Shown here in pieces: positions 9,068 to 19,604 of a stretch of DNA of 64,000 nucleotides; position 1 is the stretch's first letter, and each line of letters starts with the position of its first letter. The notes under the pieces are model-generated. The model saw nothing but the letters and a program-made list of their open reading frames with translations. It searched no databases and was not told the origin of the DNA. The position numbers and the translations under genes were made by a program. The DNA comes from Armatimonadota bacterium (GTDB lineage: Bacteria > Armatimonadota > HRBIN16), in assembly GCA_963677485.1 (NCBI GenBank), contig OY781964.1, forward strand, positions 384,001-448,000. The letters are read 5' to 3'.

Positions 9068-10039
9068 ATGCGTAAAGACTATTCGGTCATTCTCGGCAAC
9101 CTGGGGAATACCTGCGACCGGTTCTGCTCCAGTTACAAAACCAACCCAGACACTTGGGACATGCTGAAATCAGCCGCCGCGATCCCCCATGTCACCGGCA
9201 TCGAGCTGGTGGGCACCTGGGACATCCGCCCTGATAACCTGAAGCAGATGAAATCCGCGCTTCAAGACTTGAACTTGAAGTGCGTCTCGATCATCCCCGA
9301 CCTGTTCGCAAACCCTGTGTTCTGGAAGGGGGCTTACAGCAGCAAAGAAGCCTCCGTCCGTCAGACCGCCATGGACTACAGCCGCCAGATGGCCGACATC
9401 GCGTTGGAGCTGGACTGCCAGGTGCTGAATATCTGGCCAGGGCAGGACGGCTACGACTATCTACTGACCGCGGACTACGCCCAGGAGCGCGAGTGGGAAT
9501 GCGACGCCATGCGCCAACTAGCCACGGAATATCCGCAGATTCAATGGGCACTGGAATACAAGCCCAAAGAGCCCCGCACCCACAGTTACATGGCCCGCAT
9601 GGCGGACACCCTGCTGCTGGCCCAAGAAACCGGCTGCAAGAATGTGGGCATCACCATCGATACCGGCCACGCCTTCGTGGCGGGTGAAGTGGTCGCCGAA
9701 TCGATCGTGCTGGCGCAGCGCGGCGGTAACAGACTGATGCACATGCACTTCAACGACAACTACGCATCCTGGGATGACGACATGATCGTGGGCACGGTGC
9801 ATAGCATCGCCTACATCGAAATGCTCTACTGGCTCGACCGCACCCAATATAGCGGCTGGCTCTCGATGGATCAGTATCCCTATCGTGAAGATGCCGCGGG
9901 CGCCATCGGCGAGAGCATCGCCTGGGTGGTTCGCTACCAGGAAGTGATGGAGGCAAACAAGACGGCGATCGATGAGCTGCTCAAGCTTGGCGATCCCGTG
10001 GCCACCTCCCGTTTCCTTCGGAAAGTGCTGCTGGGCTAG
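9068..10039 (+). CDS. Xylose isomerase-like TIM-barrel sugar isomerase/epimerase
   Basis: WPGQDG, LEYKPKEPR, IDTGH, HFNDN...DDD, MDQYP metal-ligand motifs of the XylA/RhaI-like superfamily. Confidence 0.85.
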   Translation: MRKDYSVILGNLGNTCDRFCSSYKTNPDTWDMLKSAAAIPHVTGIELVGTWDIRPDNLKQMKSALQDLNLKCVSIIPDLFANPVFWKGAYSSKEASVRQTAMDYSRQMADIALELDCQVLNIWPGQDGYDYLLTADYAQEREWECDAMRQLATEYPQIQWALEYKPKEPRTHSYMARMADTLLLAQETGCKNVGITIDTGHAFVAGEVVAESIVLAQRGGNRLMHMHFNDNYASWDDDMIVGTVHSIAYIEMLYWLDRTQYSGWLSMDQYPYREDAAGAIGESIAWVVRYQEVMEANKTAIDELLKLGDPVATSRFLRKVLLG

Positions 10040-10053
10040 AACCCGCAACCATG

Positions 10054-10096
10054 CATCTGTGCCCCACGCCAGATTGACGTGGGGCACAGATGTTTT
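10054..10096 (+). terminator. Intrinsic terminator
   Basis: 15 bp perfect stem CATCTGTGCCCCACG/CGTGGGGCACAGATG followed by TTTT. Confidence 0.85.
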
Positions 10097-10190
10097 AACC
10101 GTAGCGTAGTATTCGAAAGCAATAGTCTATAGCTGACCCTTGCCTACCCGTAGGTTGATCTACCGCAGGTAGATATCAGCTTTTTGAGAG

Positions 10191-11030
10191 TTACTTCCTC
10201 GCCACCATCACCAGATGGTCCCCCGCCTCCGTCAGGCCCGGTGAGGTACACCAGCGCAGTTCTGCTTCTACCAGCAGTTGCCACAGTACGGGATTGGCGT
10301 AGGCGCGCTCGAGTAGGGCCTGGTCTACCGTCGCTAGGAATCCACCGCTATATTCTGCCACCACCTCTGCCCCGTGCGCCTGACACAGCGCCAGCACATC
10401 GTTCCGCGTCATGAGGTGCACCAAGTGATTGTATGTGATCGGATAGCGAACGCCATCCTGCAGGCCGGTCTCCAGAATCCACCGCGCCGCCTCCAGCCCC
10501 AGCGTGTCGAATTCGTCCATTGCCCCTTCAAAATACGTATGCACCGCTCCTGGCAGGCACATCAATCCCAGCAGCAGCACGCCACCTGGGCGTAACACTC
10601 GCAACATCTCTCGAAAGGCATCCTCCTCCTTATCGAAAAGGTAATTAAACGCTCCGCCGATGCAAACCACCGCGTCAAAGCACTCATCCGCAAATACCGA
10701 GAGATCGCATATATCCGTCTCGCGCCACTCCGCAATGCGTTCAACAAGCCCCAACTCCGTCATCTTCGCGCGGTTGAAGGCCAACTGTTCCGGCGTCAGG
10801 TCGGTCACCACCAGGTAGCCTGCCAGCTCTGCCAAGTCCTTGGTAAACCGACCCGACCCCGACCCCACCTCCAGCACGGCGTCGCCGGGTTGAATGTGCC
10901 GGAGAATCACCTGCCGATGGGCCTCATACATCAACTTCCCCCGCGGTGTCGCTTCCAGCCGCGCCCATTCCGCCTCCGCCCGCACCCCATACCGCGCCTT
11001 CACCTGCGCCGGATCGTAGATACCGCTCAT
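10191..11030 (-). CDS. Class I SAM-dependent methyltransferase
   Basis: VLEVGSGSGRF, FDAVVC, LRVLRPGG; ATG 11030 behind GGAGG. Confidence 0.88.
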   Translation of the reverse strand: MSGIYDPAQVKARYGVRAEAEWARLEATPRGKLMYEAHRQVILRHIQPGDAVLEVGSGSGRFTKDLAELAGYLVVTDLTPEQLAFNRAKMTELGLVERIAEWRETDICDLSVFADECFDAVVCIGGAFNYLFDKEEDAFREMLRVLRPGGVLLLGLMCLPGAVHTYFEGAMDEFDTLGLEAARWILETGLQDGVRYPITYNHLVHLMTRNDVLALCQAHGAEVVAEYSGGFLATVDQALLERAYANPVLWQLLVEAELRWCTSPGLTEAGDHLVMVARK

Positions 11031-11043
11031 CGCCACACCTCCT

Positions 11044-11177
11044 AAAAATTAAAAATTCCCTCCCGCGTCTCCGGGAAGGGGATCATCAAACGCCAAACCT
11101 CCGGGTACGCGTCACATCATCTAGCTAATCGGCACTAGTACTGTATGTGAGCACGCATATTCATCCCCTCAAGTATA
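11044..11177 (-). promoter_or_regulatory. Putative leader-peptide transcription attenuator (uORF, antiterminator, terminator)
   Basis: On the minus strand: TATACT, then uORF MNMRAHIQY-TAG (11164-11135), then GACGCGTACCCGGAGG partly complementary to hairpin CCCTTCCCG-GAGACG-CGGGAGGG, then TTTTT just before the methyltransferase RBS. Confidence 0.6.
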
Positions 11178-11290
11178 AAGGTATCAATCGCTAAGATCTA
11201 TATCCCGTATGCTGAAACATAGTTGCTGACCATCAGACCACCCCAGCACAGTCGCACAAAAGGCACAATAGCTCGGGGCACATTCACCGA

Positions 11291-12250
11291 TCAACGGCCC
11301 TTCCTGCGGGCTGCCGTCTCAGCCAACATCTCCTGAAGTATCTTGTAATAGACATACGGATCATCACCCGGGTATTTGTTGTACTCCACGCTGGTTCCGC
11401 TGGTGTCAGCAATCCCCCAGTTGATGCCGTCACATACATCGTCATATGAGCCAAACACCACGTAGTGGTCGGCCTTCAACGCCCAGGCGATCCGCTTGCG
11501 CCACTGATCCGCGCTGATGTGCTTCCATGGGTCACTGGGCGCCACGCCGCTGGTAGGAGCCACAAACCGCACCTTGCCATCTGCACTCTGTGAATAGTTG
11601 CGGTATCCCCAGCCGTCCGACTTACCGGGCAGGATCGGGTCATTCACCTGCGTGGTGCCCATATGGAATTTGGATAGATAGGTCTTGTGGGCGGTGGGAG
11701 CCGTGTTGTATCTGGGCCACCACATCTCAGCCGGGTTAAATATGATCAGCATAGGCCGGTCATCGCCGTTCCCATACCGCCGGTAGGTCTTGTCCTTCGC
11801 CCAGTTTTCCAGCGTGTATTTCGCCTTCTCGTTCCAAAACGCCATGTCGCCGGCGGCTCCGATGAACAGAAAGAACTGCATCTGCTTCTCTCGGCAAACC
11901 TGCTGGATGTTGTCCACCATCGGCTTATATTCATCCCAGAACTGGTTCCACTGCGAGTCGTTAGTCATGTCGATCGACACCGTGTGGATACCCGCATCTT
12001 TTATCTTCTGCATCACATCGCGAACCTGGCTGATGTCTCCGTAGTCATGCGCTGGATTCCACTGCCCGTTGACCAGGAACTTGATGCCTCGGTTGGTGGA
12101 CCTGCAGCAAATCAACACATGGCACACGGGATGACCGGAACCCACCTCAGGCTCCTCGTCCGCTGACTTGGCAGAGGCGGGAACTGCGGTCAGTATCCCG
12201 ATCAGGCAGAGGGTGGCGAAAAAGAACAGCGTGAACATGGCATTCTCCAT
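11291..12250 (-). CDS. Secreted hypothetical protein, probable glycoside-hydrolase-like TIM barrel
   Basis: Signal peptide; DAGI..V.IDMTN, DDRPMLI, SYDD and DPYVYY..L resemble GH71/GH99/DUF5010-like barrels. Confidence 0.6.
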   Translation of the reverse strand: MENAMFTLFFFATLCLIGILTAVPASAKSADEEPEVGSGHPVCHVLICCRSTNRGIKFLVNGQWNPAHDYGDISQVRDVMQKIKDAGIHTVSIDMTNDSQWNQFWDEYKPMVDNIQQVCREKQMQFFLFIGAAGDMAFWNEKAKYTLENWAKDKTYRRYGNGDDRPMLIIFNPAEMWWPRYNTAPTAHKTYLSKFHMGTTQVNDPILPGKSDGWGYRNYSQSADGKVRFVAPTSGVAPSDPWKHISADQWRKRIAWALKADHYVVFGSYDDVCDGINWGIADTSGTSVEYNKYPGDDPYVYYKILQEMLAETAARRKGR

Positions 12251-12430
12251 TGGCTAATATTGCGATAGCAGCCCGCACTTTACAGCATGCTGCCCATGCC
12301 TTAAGTCTACCTGCATATATGGAGCCAGGCAAGCTGCTTGAGGCGTGTCCATCACAGAAGGAATTCCGCCATCGCAGCGCGAATCATGATTTGCATGACC
12401 CTGTATTTTACCTTGGAGAAAGAGACTCAC

Positions 12431-14416
12431 ATGACAAAACTAGATATTCATCCCCCCTATTTTGGGGCCGCATACTACCCTGAGGACTGGCCCGTAGGCC
12501 TGCAGGACGAAGATATCCGCCTGATGAAAGAGGCGGGTATGAACTTGATGCGCATCGGCGAGTTCGCCTGGAGCCGCATGGAGCCCGAGGAGGGCCGGTT
12601 CGACTTCGGCTGGCTGCACGACATCGTCGATAAGCTCGCCACGAACGGCATCGGCACCATCATGTGTACCCCCACCGCCACACCGCCCATCTGGGCAGTG
12701 CGACGATACCCTGAGGTGCTTTACGTCAACGCCGACGGCGTGCGCTTGGACCATGGCGGTCGGCGCCACTACTGCCCAAATGACCCGGTCTACCGCCGGC
12801 TATCGGAGACGATCGCAGCTGAGATGGCGAACGAGTTCGCCGATGATCCGGCGATCGTTGGATGGCAGATTGACAACGAGATATTTGCTGCTGAGGGTGT
12901 ATCTTGCGCTTGCCCTACCTGCATGCGACTGTTCCACGACTTTCTGCGCGACCGCTACGGCACCATCAAGGCGCTGAACGAGGCCTGGTGCCTGACCCTC
13001 TGGAGCCAGGAGTATCAGGCATTCGGGCAGATCCCTTCGCTGAAGAAGAACGTCTGGCAGAACCCAAGCCTCATCGCAGCATGGAGCGAGTTCGGCAACA
13101 AATCTTATGTGGAATACACCTGGGCACAGGCCGACATCCTTCATGCCTGCGATGCAAAAATGGTCAGTACCAACGTCATGTGCATCCCGGGTTTTGACCA
13201 CTACGAGGTGGCTAAGAAGCTGGATGTGGTGATGTATGACCACTATAACTTCGGACCCACGGTGCGAGATGCCGCCTTCTGGTTCGACCTGATCCGCCCG
13301 ATTAAACCCCATCAGCCATACTGGAATGTGGAGACCTGCACCAACTTCAATGGGTCCATCATTGCCTGCCCACGCCAGATCGCCGGTTATACCACCATGA
13401 ACACATGGATGAGCTACATGATGGGCGGCGAGCACAACGGTTATTGGCTGTGGCGTCAACACCGTGCTGGTCACGAGCAGATGCATGGTTACGTGGTGGA
13501 CAGCCACGGTCGGAAGCCATGGTACTGGCACGAGGTGGTGAAGGTATCCGAAGGGCTGAAGGCGAACGCGGATCTGCTCAACGGCACAAAGCTGACCAAC
13601 AGCGGGTTCGCAATCCACTACACGAACCTGGCATATAACAACTTCAAGGCTCTGCCGTTGGTTTACGGCCCCAACATGCAGGAGCGCATCGTGAAAGAGG
13701 TCTACCTGCCGCTCACAGGCGCGCAGTTCCGGCCGGATGTCATCGACAGCGAAGCAGACTTGAATCACTACAAGATGGTCTACACGCCATATATGCAGTG
13801 GCTCGATGAGGACGGTCTTACCGCACGCTTGAAGGCCTGGATTGAAGATGGTGGTACCTGGATCGCTGGCGCCATGAGCGATATCCGCGACCAGCACCTC
13901 AGCAAGTTCCCCGACAGCCCGTTCAGTGTGCTGGAGGAATGGGGTGGAGTCTACTGTGAGCAACAGATACAGGCAGAGGGTCAGCCGGTTGCCATTAAAC
14001 TGGCGGACGGCCGCACTGGAACCGGCAATGTATGGTGCAACGCCTTCTCGCTGCGCGGGGCTGAAGCTTTGGCTCACTACACCGAGTATCCCGCCGAAGG
14101 GCTGGCTGCGGTGACCGTAAAGCCGATGGGAAAAGGGCGCGTGGTCATTCTGGGTTGCATGCCCGATCCCGAGAGCCTGATCACCATCATGAAGATGCTG
14201 GGTGAGCCCATCAACGTGCAGCCTGTGACGGATGCCAGCCCCAACGTGCTGGTGGTACCGCGCTCTGGAGCCGCAGGAGAAGCGTGGGGTGTGATGGAGA
14301 TTGAGGCGAAGGCAGGGGAACTCACACTGCCGAAACCCATGACCGACATGCTGTCCGGTGTGCGCTACGAGGGCACCATCACGCTGGAACCCTACCAGGT
14401 TCTGCTGCTGGTGTAA
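12431..14416 (+). CDS. GH42 beta-galactosidase
   Basis: GAAYYPEDW, GEFAWS.MEP.EG.FDF.WL, TPTATPP, WQIDNE, CACPTC, E.MHG, trimerisation domain; ATG 12431. Confidence 0.92.
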   Translation: MTKLDIHPPYFGAAYYPEDWPVGLQDEDIRLMKEAGMNLMRIGEFAWSRMEPEEGRFDFGWLHDIVDKLATNGIGTIMCTPTATPPIWAVRRYPEVLYVNADGVRLDHGGRRHYCPNDPVYRRLSETIAAEMANEFADDPAIVGWQIDNEIFAAEGVSCACPTCMRLFHDFLRDRYGTIKALNEAWCLTLWSQEYQAFGQIPSLKKNVWQNPSLIAAWSEFGNKSYVEYTWAQADILHACDAKMVSTNVMCIPGFDHYEVAKKLDVVMYDHYNFGPTVRDAAFWFDLIRPIKPHQPYWNVETCTNFNGSIIACPRQIAGYTTMNTWMSYMMGGEHNGYWLWRQHRAGHEQMHGYVVDSHGRKPWYWHEVVKVSEGLKANADLLNGTKLTNSGFAIHYTNLAYNNFKALPLVYGPNMQERIVKEVYLPLTGAQFRPDVIDSEADLNHYKMVYTPYMQWLDEDGLTARLKAWIEDGGTWIAGAMSDIRDQHLSKFPDSPFSVLEEWGGVYCEQQIQAEGQPVAIKLADGRTGTGNVWCNAFSLRGAEALAHYTEYPAEGLAAVTVKPMGKGRVVILGCMPDPESLITIMKMLGEPINVQPVTDASPNVLVVPRSGAAGEAWGVMEIEAKAGELTLPKPMTDMLSGVRYEGTITLEPYQVLLLV

Positions 14417-14422
14417 GTGACG

Positions 14423-14454
14423 TGCTTCCGTTGGATGCCTGTTCAACGGAAGCA
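14423..14454 (+). terminator. Hairpin after GH42
   Basis: TGCTTCCGTTG/CAACGGAAGCA inverted repeat, no clear U-tract. Confidence 0.5.
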
Positions 14455-14699
14455 GCATCACAAATGTTGTCGGATTTGATGCATGTGTTGCATTAACTGC
14501 TGCGATATCGCGATGCTAATGTCATAAATGCGAGTATAGCCATACTGTAACCATAGAAGCATAAACCAGGAATCTGCTTGTCACGAATGCGTGATTGCAA
14601 GAAAGCCACTGTGAAGGATCGATGCGAGCCCTGCTCGTGTCTTCATACTGACTTTACTTTAATGATGAGCAAGCGGGTTTCTGCGAGAGGATGTCATAG

Positions 14700-17600
14700 A
14701 TGCAAATCGGAGCTTCATCAATCGCTACCACGAATGACACTTGGGTGTTGAAAAACACCCGACTACGCGTCATTGTATCTAAAACTACTGGCCAAATCAT
14801 ATCATTGGTGACTGATAAGGAGCTGCTCGCGGCTCCTGCTGCAATCGTGCTAGTTGACACGGTCGATAACAAGACACTCACATATACAGATGGTGTGATC
14901 AACAAAGGTTCTACGACATCATCTGGCAACCGCGCCATCCTGACATACTCACTGGTATACGGGAATAGTTATACAGCCACCACAACTCTGACATGCACAC
15001 CAGATGCGGTACGGTGGGATGTAGAACTCAGCACCACTCTGACCCCTGACCGTGAGATGAAAATCACTTACGATTTGCCGATCTTGTCTAGTGCAGATGA
15101 AGCTTTTTGGGCTGCCCCCGGATTGCCTGCCAAGATTGCAGACATGCGCACCCAGATACTCGAATACAGGACAACTACATACCTGCCGTGGGTCTGCCTA
15201 TACGGACAAAAAACTGACCATGGGCTGTCTCTGATCGCCCCACCAGATGTGCCAAAGCCCGGGCTGACATTCTTCATGGAGACTGCAGACAACCCGAAGC
15301 GAATGCGAGTATCAAACCATCACTTGCGTGTTGGTGCGTCAAAACCGACCAAGTCCTCGTTATTCCTGGTACCACACGAAGGGGATTGGCGGCCTGGTCT
15401 AGCATAGTTAAGCTCCTCATACCCTGAGTTTTTTCAACCGGTCTCAAGACGAGTTAGGTCAGGTGAAGGCTGGTATACTGTCGGTTCACCATACCTCGAT
15501 GAAGCAGTCATCAAGGATGCTGCATCTCGAGGCGTGACCTGGCAAGAACTCCATAGTCACTTTCCGTTTTATGGAGTTTATCTTCCCGACAAACCAGATT
15601 GGGCTAATGCGATGGATCAGGACGATATTAGCATCGACCGCTGGGAGAGAGATGATGCCCCGGATCGACCCAGAAACAGCGTTGATAACATGCGGGCAAA
15701 AATGGTCCTATGGCACAAATATGGTATCCAGGTGTATATCTACATACAAACATTCGAGGCATGGACACAATATGCCTTGAAATACTTCAAGGATGATATC
15801 ACTCATGATGCAGATGGAAAACCATGCTACTCTTGGCAGTTCACCAATCTGATGAACCCGGATCCTGCATATCCATGGGGAAAGGCGATACAAAAGCAGC
15901 TCGATAACATCATCAACGCATACCCTGATGTCGATGGCATATTCCTGGATCGAGACGACTACCGCGATTATGACTTTTCGCACAGTGACGGCCTTACGAT
16001 GCAGGGCAACAGACCATGTTACATGCTCGCCTTCGCCCAGGAGAAGGCATTGCAGATGTTGCGCCCTAAACTCCACAAACGCGACAAGGGTATTTGGACT
16101 AATGGTCCTACAAACCTTGAGGTTTGTAGTGGCATCGACGGTATCATGACCGAAGCCGTTGGAGCCCTCGCAAACCAAACTCAGTTCTTTGGTGTCGACC
16201 GGCCCATGATCTGCCTTCCGTATGACGCCACAGTAGCTGCCACTGAGATTAAACTGAAAGGATGTATGACTGGAGGCTATTTCCCGGCCGTATCTGAGAC
16301 ATCTGTTGGCAGTCCGTCTCGCGCCCTTGAGGCCAAATATGTGCCTCTCTTTAAGTTGATGAAGGGACGTAAATGGGTTTTGAATGCTCATGCCATTCAA
16401 GCCCCTGACGGCGTCAGCCCCAACCTCTTCAAGGCCACAAACGGTGACTATCTTGCAGCGGTGATCAGTGATCAGGGCACGTTGATTGTTCCTGACGGAT
16501 CCTGCCCAGTCATATCACACGACATTGAGGTTAGCATATCTGTCACCAACCCACAAGCCATTCGATATTGCTACCAGTTGTCCCCTGACTTCCAGGGAGT
16601 TACCGAGCTGCCCATCACCCGAACCGGTCAAACCCTCAAAGTCACCATACCGATTCTCATTTCAGGATCGATGTTGGTCTTTTCATCCGAGCGGCGGTAT
16701 GACACGACGCGACAGTCGATCCCCTTGCTCGTGAGAGGCGCGTCCAACACGCTGCGCTTGAAGTCGGCAATAAAGGGAGCGGTATCTGTCCAAACTCCAT
16801 GGGGTTCCTTCAACTCCAAAGCAGCCAGTGCCGACATTACAACGGTACCGATCGATGTGCCTGCGTCAGCCAGTGGAGAGGTGTTACTCAATCTCACAGC
16901 AAATGGCAAAATCTCCATGCTGTCAGCCTGGATAGTAAACCCAGTAGAGCTGGTCCTACCGCAGGAACCACCGTTTATCCGAGATGTGAAGGGATCCGAC
17001 ATTCCCATCCAAGTGACGAACTATACCAACCAGCCGCAGCCGATCACCGTCTCAGGATCCTTCTCAGAGGGCAAAGGAAGCATAGGTCCCCAGCGCACGA
17101 AGCTAGTATTGAAGCCTATGGAGACAAAGGTAATTCCTTATCACGTTGACCCAAGTACCCGACAGGCTGTGATCACATGGAACCTCGAAAATAACCAACA
17201 GTCACGGAGTTACGTGATGCCATTGGGTTCATTCACCAAGTTCCAAAGCAGCGACATGTTCCACGATGACTTTTCATGCAACAACATGAGTAGATGGGCG
17301 AAAACTGACGGTTTGTGGGTAGTAAAAGATGGCACAGCTCAAGGCCGCGGGCCCATCCACGCTGGCTACATCGGGGATGCTCACTGGAGCGACTACGAGG
17401 TAGAGACGTCTACTTGCATGCAAGGAAGCGAGCTGCCAGAGATAACTTGGGTGAAGTCCTATATCCATGTACGAATGACATCGCAAAACAACTACTACAG
17501 GTTTGGCGTTCACGGTGACGCAGGGATATTGGAACTCAGTAAAATTGTCAACGGCGAATGGGCTCAACTTGTAGTGCGTCCATTCGACATACCGATGGGT

Positions 17601-17777
17601 AAGTGGATCACACTACGAGTAGCTGTGAAAGGTTCCGATATAAAATGCTATGCTGACGGTAAGCTAGTATGCCAGGCGACCGATACATCGCATCCAAAAG
17701 GCGGTATCGCCATCGGTGTTTTCGACAACCAGATGATCAATCTGTACAAGCATGTCGTAGTTCGACGAGTCGACTAG
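14700..17777 (+). pseudogene. Large glycoside-hydrolase-like protein with C-terminal DUF1080/ConA-like domain, interrupted by an in-frame TAG at 15405-15407
   Basis: ORFs 14700-15407 and 15534-17777 share a frame and read EGDWRPGLA*LSSSYPEFFQP with no other stop. DGIFLDR barrel motif; C-terminal WSDYEVE...W.TLRVAVKG..I.CY.DG...GGIAI domain. Confidence 0.7.
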
Positions 17778-17891
17778 CGCAGATCACCGTGACCGAGGGG
17801 GTAGAACCCCCAGGTCTATTACCCACACACGAGTTTAGAATTCAGGTAATGGAGTATACAAACCGCCTCACGTGTTAGTGGTCGTCCGGAC

Positions 17892-18062
17892 ACCCACGAA
17901 GTGGGTAGGATTCTTTATAGCCAGGGGTGAGCGAAGCGATACCCCTGGTAAAGGAGCCTCTTCCTACCCCGAAGTGGGTCAGTTCCACATTTAGATGTGT
18001 ACGGATGCAGACCCACTTCGGGGTAAGTCGTTGTCATTACTTTCCACGGGTTGCGCTGACGC
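17892..18062. repeat. Palindromic REP-like element, family B (ACCCACGAAGTGGGT type)
   Basis: ACCCAC-GAA-GTGGGT hairpin, CCAGGGGT...ACCCCTGG hairpin, and TACCCCGAAGTGGGTC...GACCCACTTCGGGGTA inverted pair. Confidence 0.7.
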
Positions 18063-18076
18063 TTTTATGTAACTAG

Positions 18077-18246
18077 GTTGGCTATGTCCGGGGCGGTCTG
18101 CCAGTACGCCTTCGGAGGCCACTGTCTATAGACCGCGCCGGTCTTGTTCCCGACACATATCTTTTAGGGCTATCCGCCAGACCGGCGCGGTCTTGAGCCT
18201 TGTGCATCCGCTAGCCACCGCACAGACCGCCCCGGACATAGGCAAC
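18077..18246. repeat. ~170 bp nested inverted-repeat element (MITE/REPIN-like), family A copy 1
   Basis: Outer IR CTATGTCCGGGGCGGTCTG/CAGACCGCCCCGGACATAG; inner IR AGACCGCGCCGGTCT/AGACCGGCGCGGTCT. Opposite orientation to copies 2 and 3. Confidence 0.85.
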
Positions 18247-18405
18247 ACTTGACTGCAAAAAGGGCGAACTGCTATTCGCATATCTCTTTATCGACTCAGC
18301 GTGACGCATCAGTTACACCATGGGCTGCCGTGCCAGCACGGGCAGGTGCTTACCAATGGGTAATCGAGGCGGGGTAGTAACCCCTCGGCACAGTTTAGAT
18401 ACAGG

Positions 18406-19428
18406 CTACATCTCCCGATCCACCGCCAGGGCCACGCGCCGCATTTGGCCCATCAACTCCTCAAAATTCTCGGGCTTCAGGCTTTGCGGACCATCGCTCA
18501 GCGCATGGGCTGGGTCGTTATGAACCTCCACCAGCACACCATCGGCACCGGCGGCCACGCCCGCCTTCGCGATACTGCCCACATAGTCCCAGTGGCCAGT
18601 GGCGTGACTCGGGTCGATAGCCACCGGAAGGTGCGTCCATTGCTTCAACACCGGGATGGCGTTGATGTCCGTGGTGTTGCGGCAGCTATCCTCAAACGTG
18701 GTGATGCCGCGCTCGCAGAGCACGACCTTTTCGTTGCCCTCCGCCATGATGTATTCGGCCGACATCAGCAGGTCCTTGATCTTGCTGCCAGGGCCGCGTT
18801 TCAGAAGCACAGGGTAGCCGGTGGCCCCCACCTTCTTCAACAGCGAAAAGTTCTGCATGTTGCGCGCGCCAATCTGCAGCATATCCGCATAATGACAGAT
18901 CAGCTCAATCTGATCGGCATCCATCACTTCGGTAATGATCGGCAGGCCTGTCTCTTCACGGGCGGTGGCCAGTATCTTCAGACCCTCCTCGCCCAGCCCT
19001 TGAAAGGCATACGGCGAGGTGCGTGGTTTGAAAGCTCCGCCGCGTAACATGCTGGCACCGGAGGCCTTCACTTTGTGGGCCAAGGTCACCGTCTGCTCCT
19101 CAGACTCCACGCTGCAAGGGCCAGCCACAATCACCACCTTAGTGCCGCCAAAGGCCACGTCACGCACATGCACCACCGAGTTTTCGGGTCGATAGTGACG
19201 TGAAGCAAGCTTCCATAAATCGGAGATCAGCTCCACGCGCGCCACGCCGTCCATCGACTGGAAGTGCTCTACCAGGTCGGCTTTGCGCACATCCAGCTCA
19301 CCCAACACGGCGATGACCTTGCGCTGCACGCCCGGGTTGGTGAACGGCCGGAAGCCGATTTTCGTGATGGCAGCCTTGACCGCCTTGACCTCTTTATCTG
19401 TTGCCGCGGGACTCATGATGATGATCAT
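18406..19428 (-). CDS. aroF: DAHP synthase type I-beta with N-terminal regulatory domain
   Basis: AGPCSVES, RGGAFKPRTSPYAFQGLG, QIGARNMQNF, LKRG, CERGI, DPSHATG, EVH..P..ALSDG.QSL. Confidence 0.95.
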   Translation of the reverse strand: MIIIMSPAATDKEVKAVKAAITKIGFRPFTNPGVQRKVIAVLGELDVRKADLVEHFQSMDGVARVELISDLWKLASRHYRPENSVVHVRDVAFGGTKVVIVAGPCSVESEEQTVTLAHKVKASGASMLRGGAFKPRTSPYAFQGLGEEGLKILATAREETGLPIITEVMDADQIELICHYADMLQIGARNMQNFSLLKKVGATGYPVLLKRGPGSKIKDLLMSAEYIMAEGNEKVVLCERGITTFEDSCRNTTDINAIPVLKQWTHLPVAIDPSHATGHWDYVGSIAKAGVAAGADGVLVEVHNDPAHALSDGPQSLKPENFEELMGQMRRVALAVDREM

Positions 19429-19528
19429 ATATATTGGCCTCGTTTATCTTCATTGTATGAGATGCACCAAAAACAGCACACCTGAATCTATTGTACCTTC
19501 TGAGGCCGGCTCAATTCCTTTTCCAAAC

Positions 19529-19568
19529 ATGCAGGCCTCAGAAACCATTACGCTTCTGAGGCCTGCAT
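19529..19568 (-). terminator. Terminator hairpin after the GH29 cluster
   Basis: 15 bp perfect stem ATGCAGGCCTCAGAA/TTCTGAGGCCTGCAT, then GTTT on the minus strand. Confidence 0.7.
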
Positions 19569-19604
19569 CTTACGTACTACACCACCAATGTGATGTGGCG
19601 GGGG

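Noticed and set aside
12800-14461. 553 aa antisense ORF and similar long shadow ORFs (7005-7961, 36854-37750, 53742-54662)
   Set aside because: They lie opposite well-supported genes, have no recognisable motifs, and are expected from codon bias in GC-rich genes.
15405-15407. Pyrrolysine or genome-wide amber recoding
   Set aside because: Many intact genes here end in TAG (3887, 6437, 7940, 10039, 17777), no pyl genes are in the window, Trp fits the position, and the 5' end also looks damaged.
17790-18400. CRISPR array or autonomous IS
   Set aside because: Repeats are inverted rather than regularly spaced direct repeats with unique spacers; no cas or transposase ORF.
19498-19568. Third TTCTGAGGCC copy suggesting an attenuator upstream of aroF
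   Set aside because: The extra copy lies downstream of the hairpin in transcript order, and no aromatic-rich leader peptide was found.
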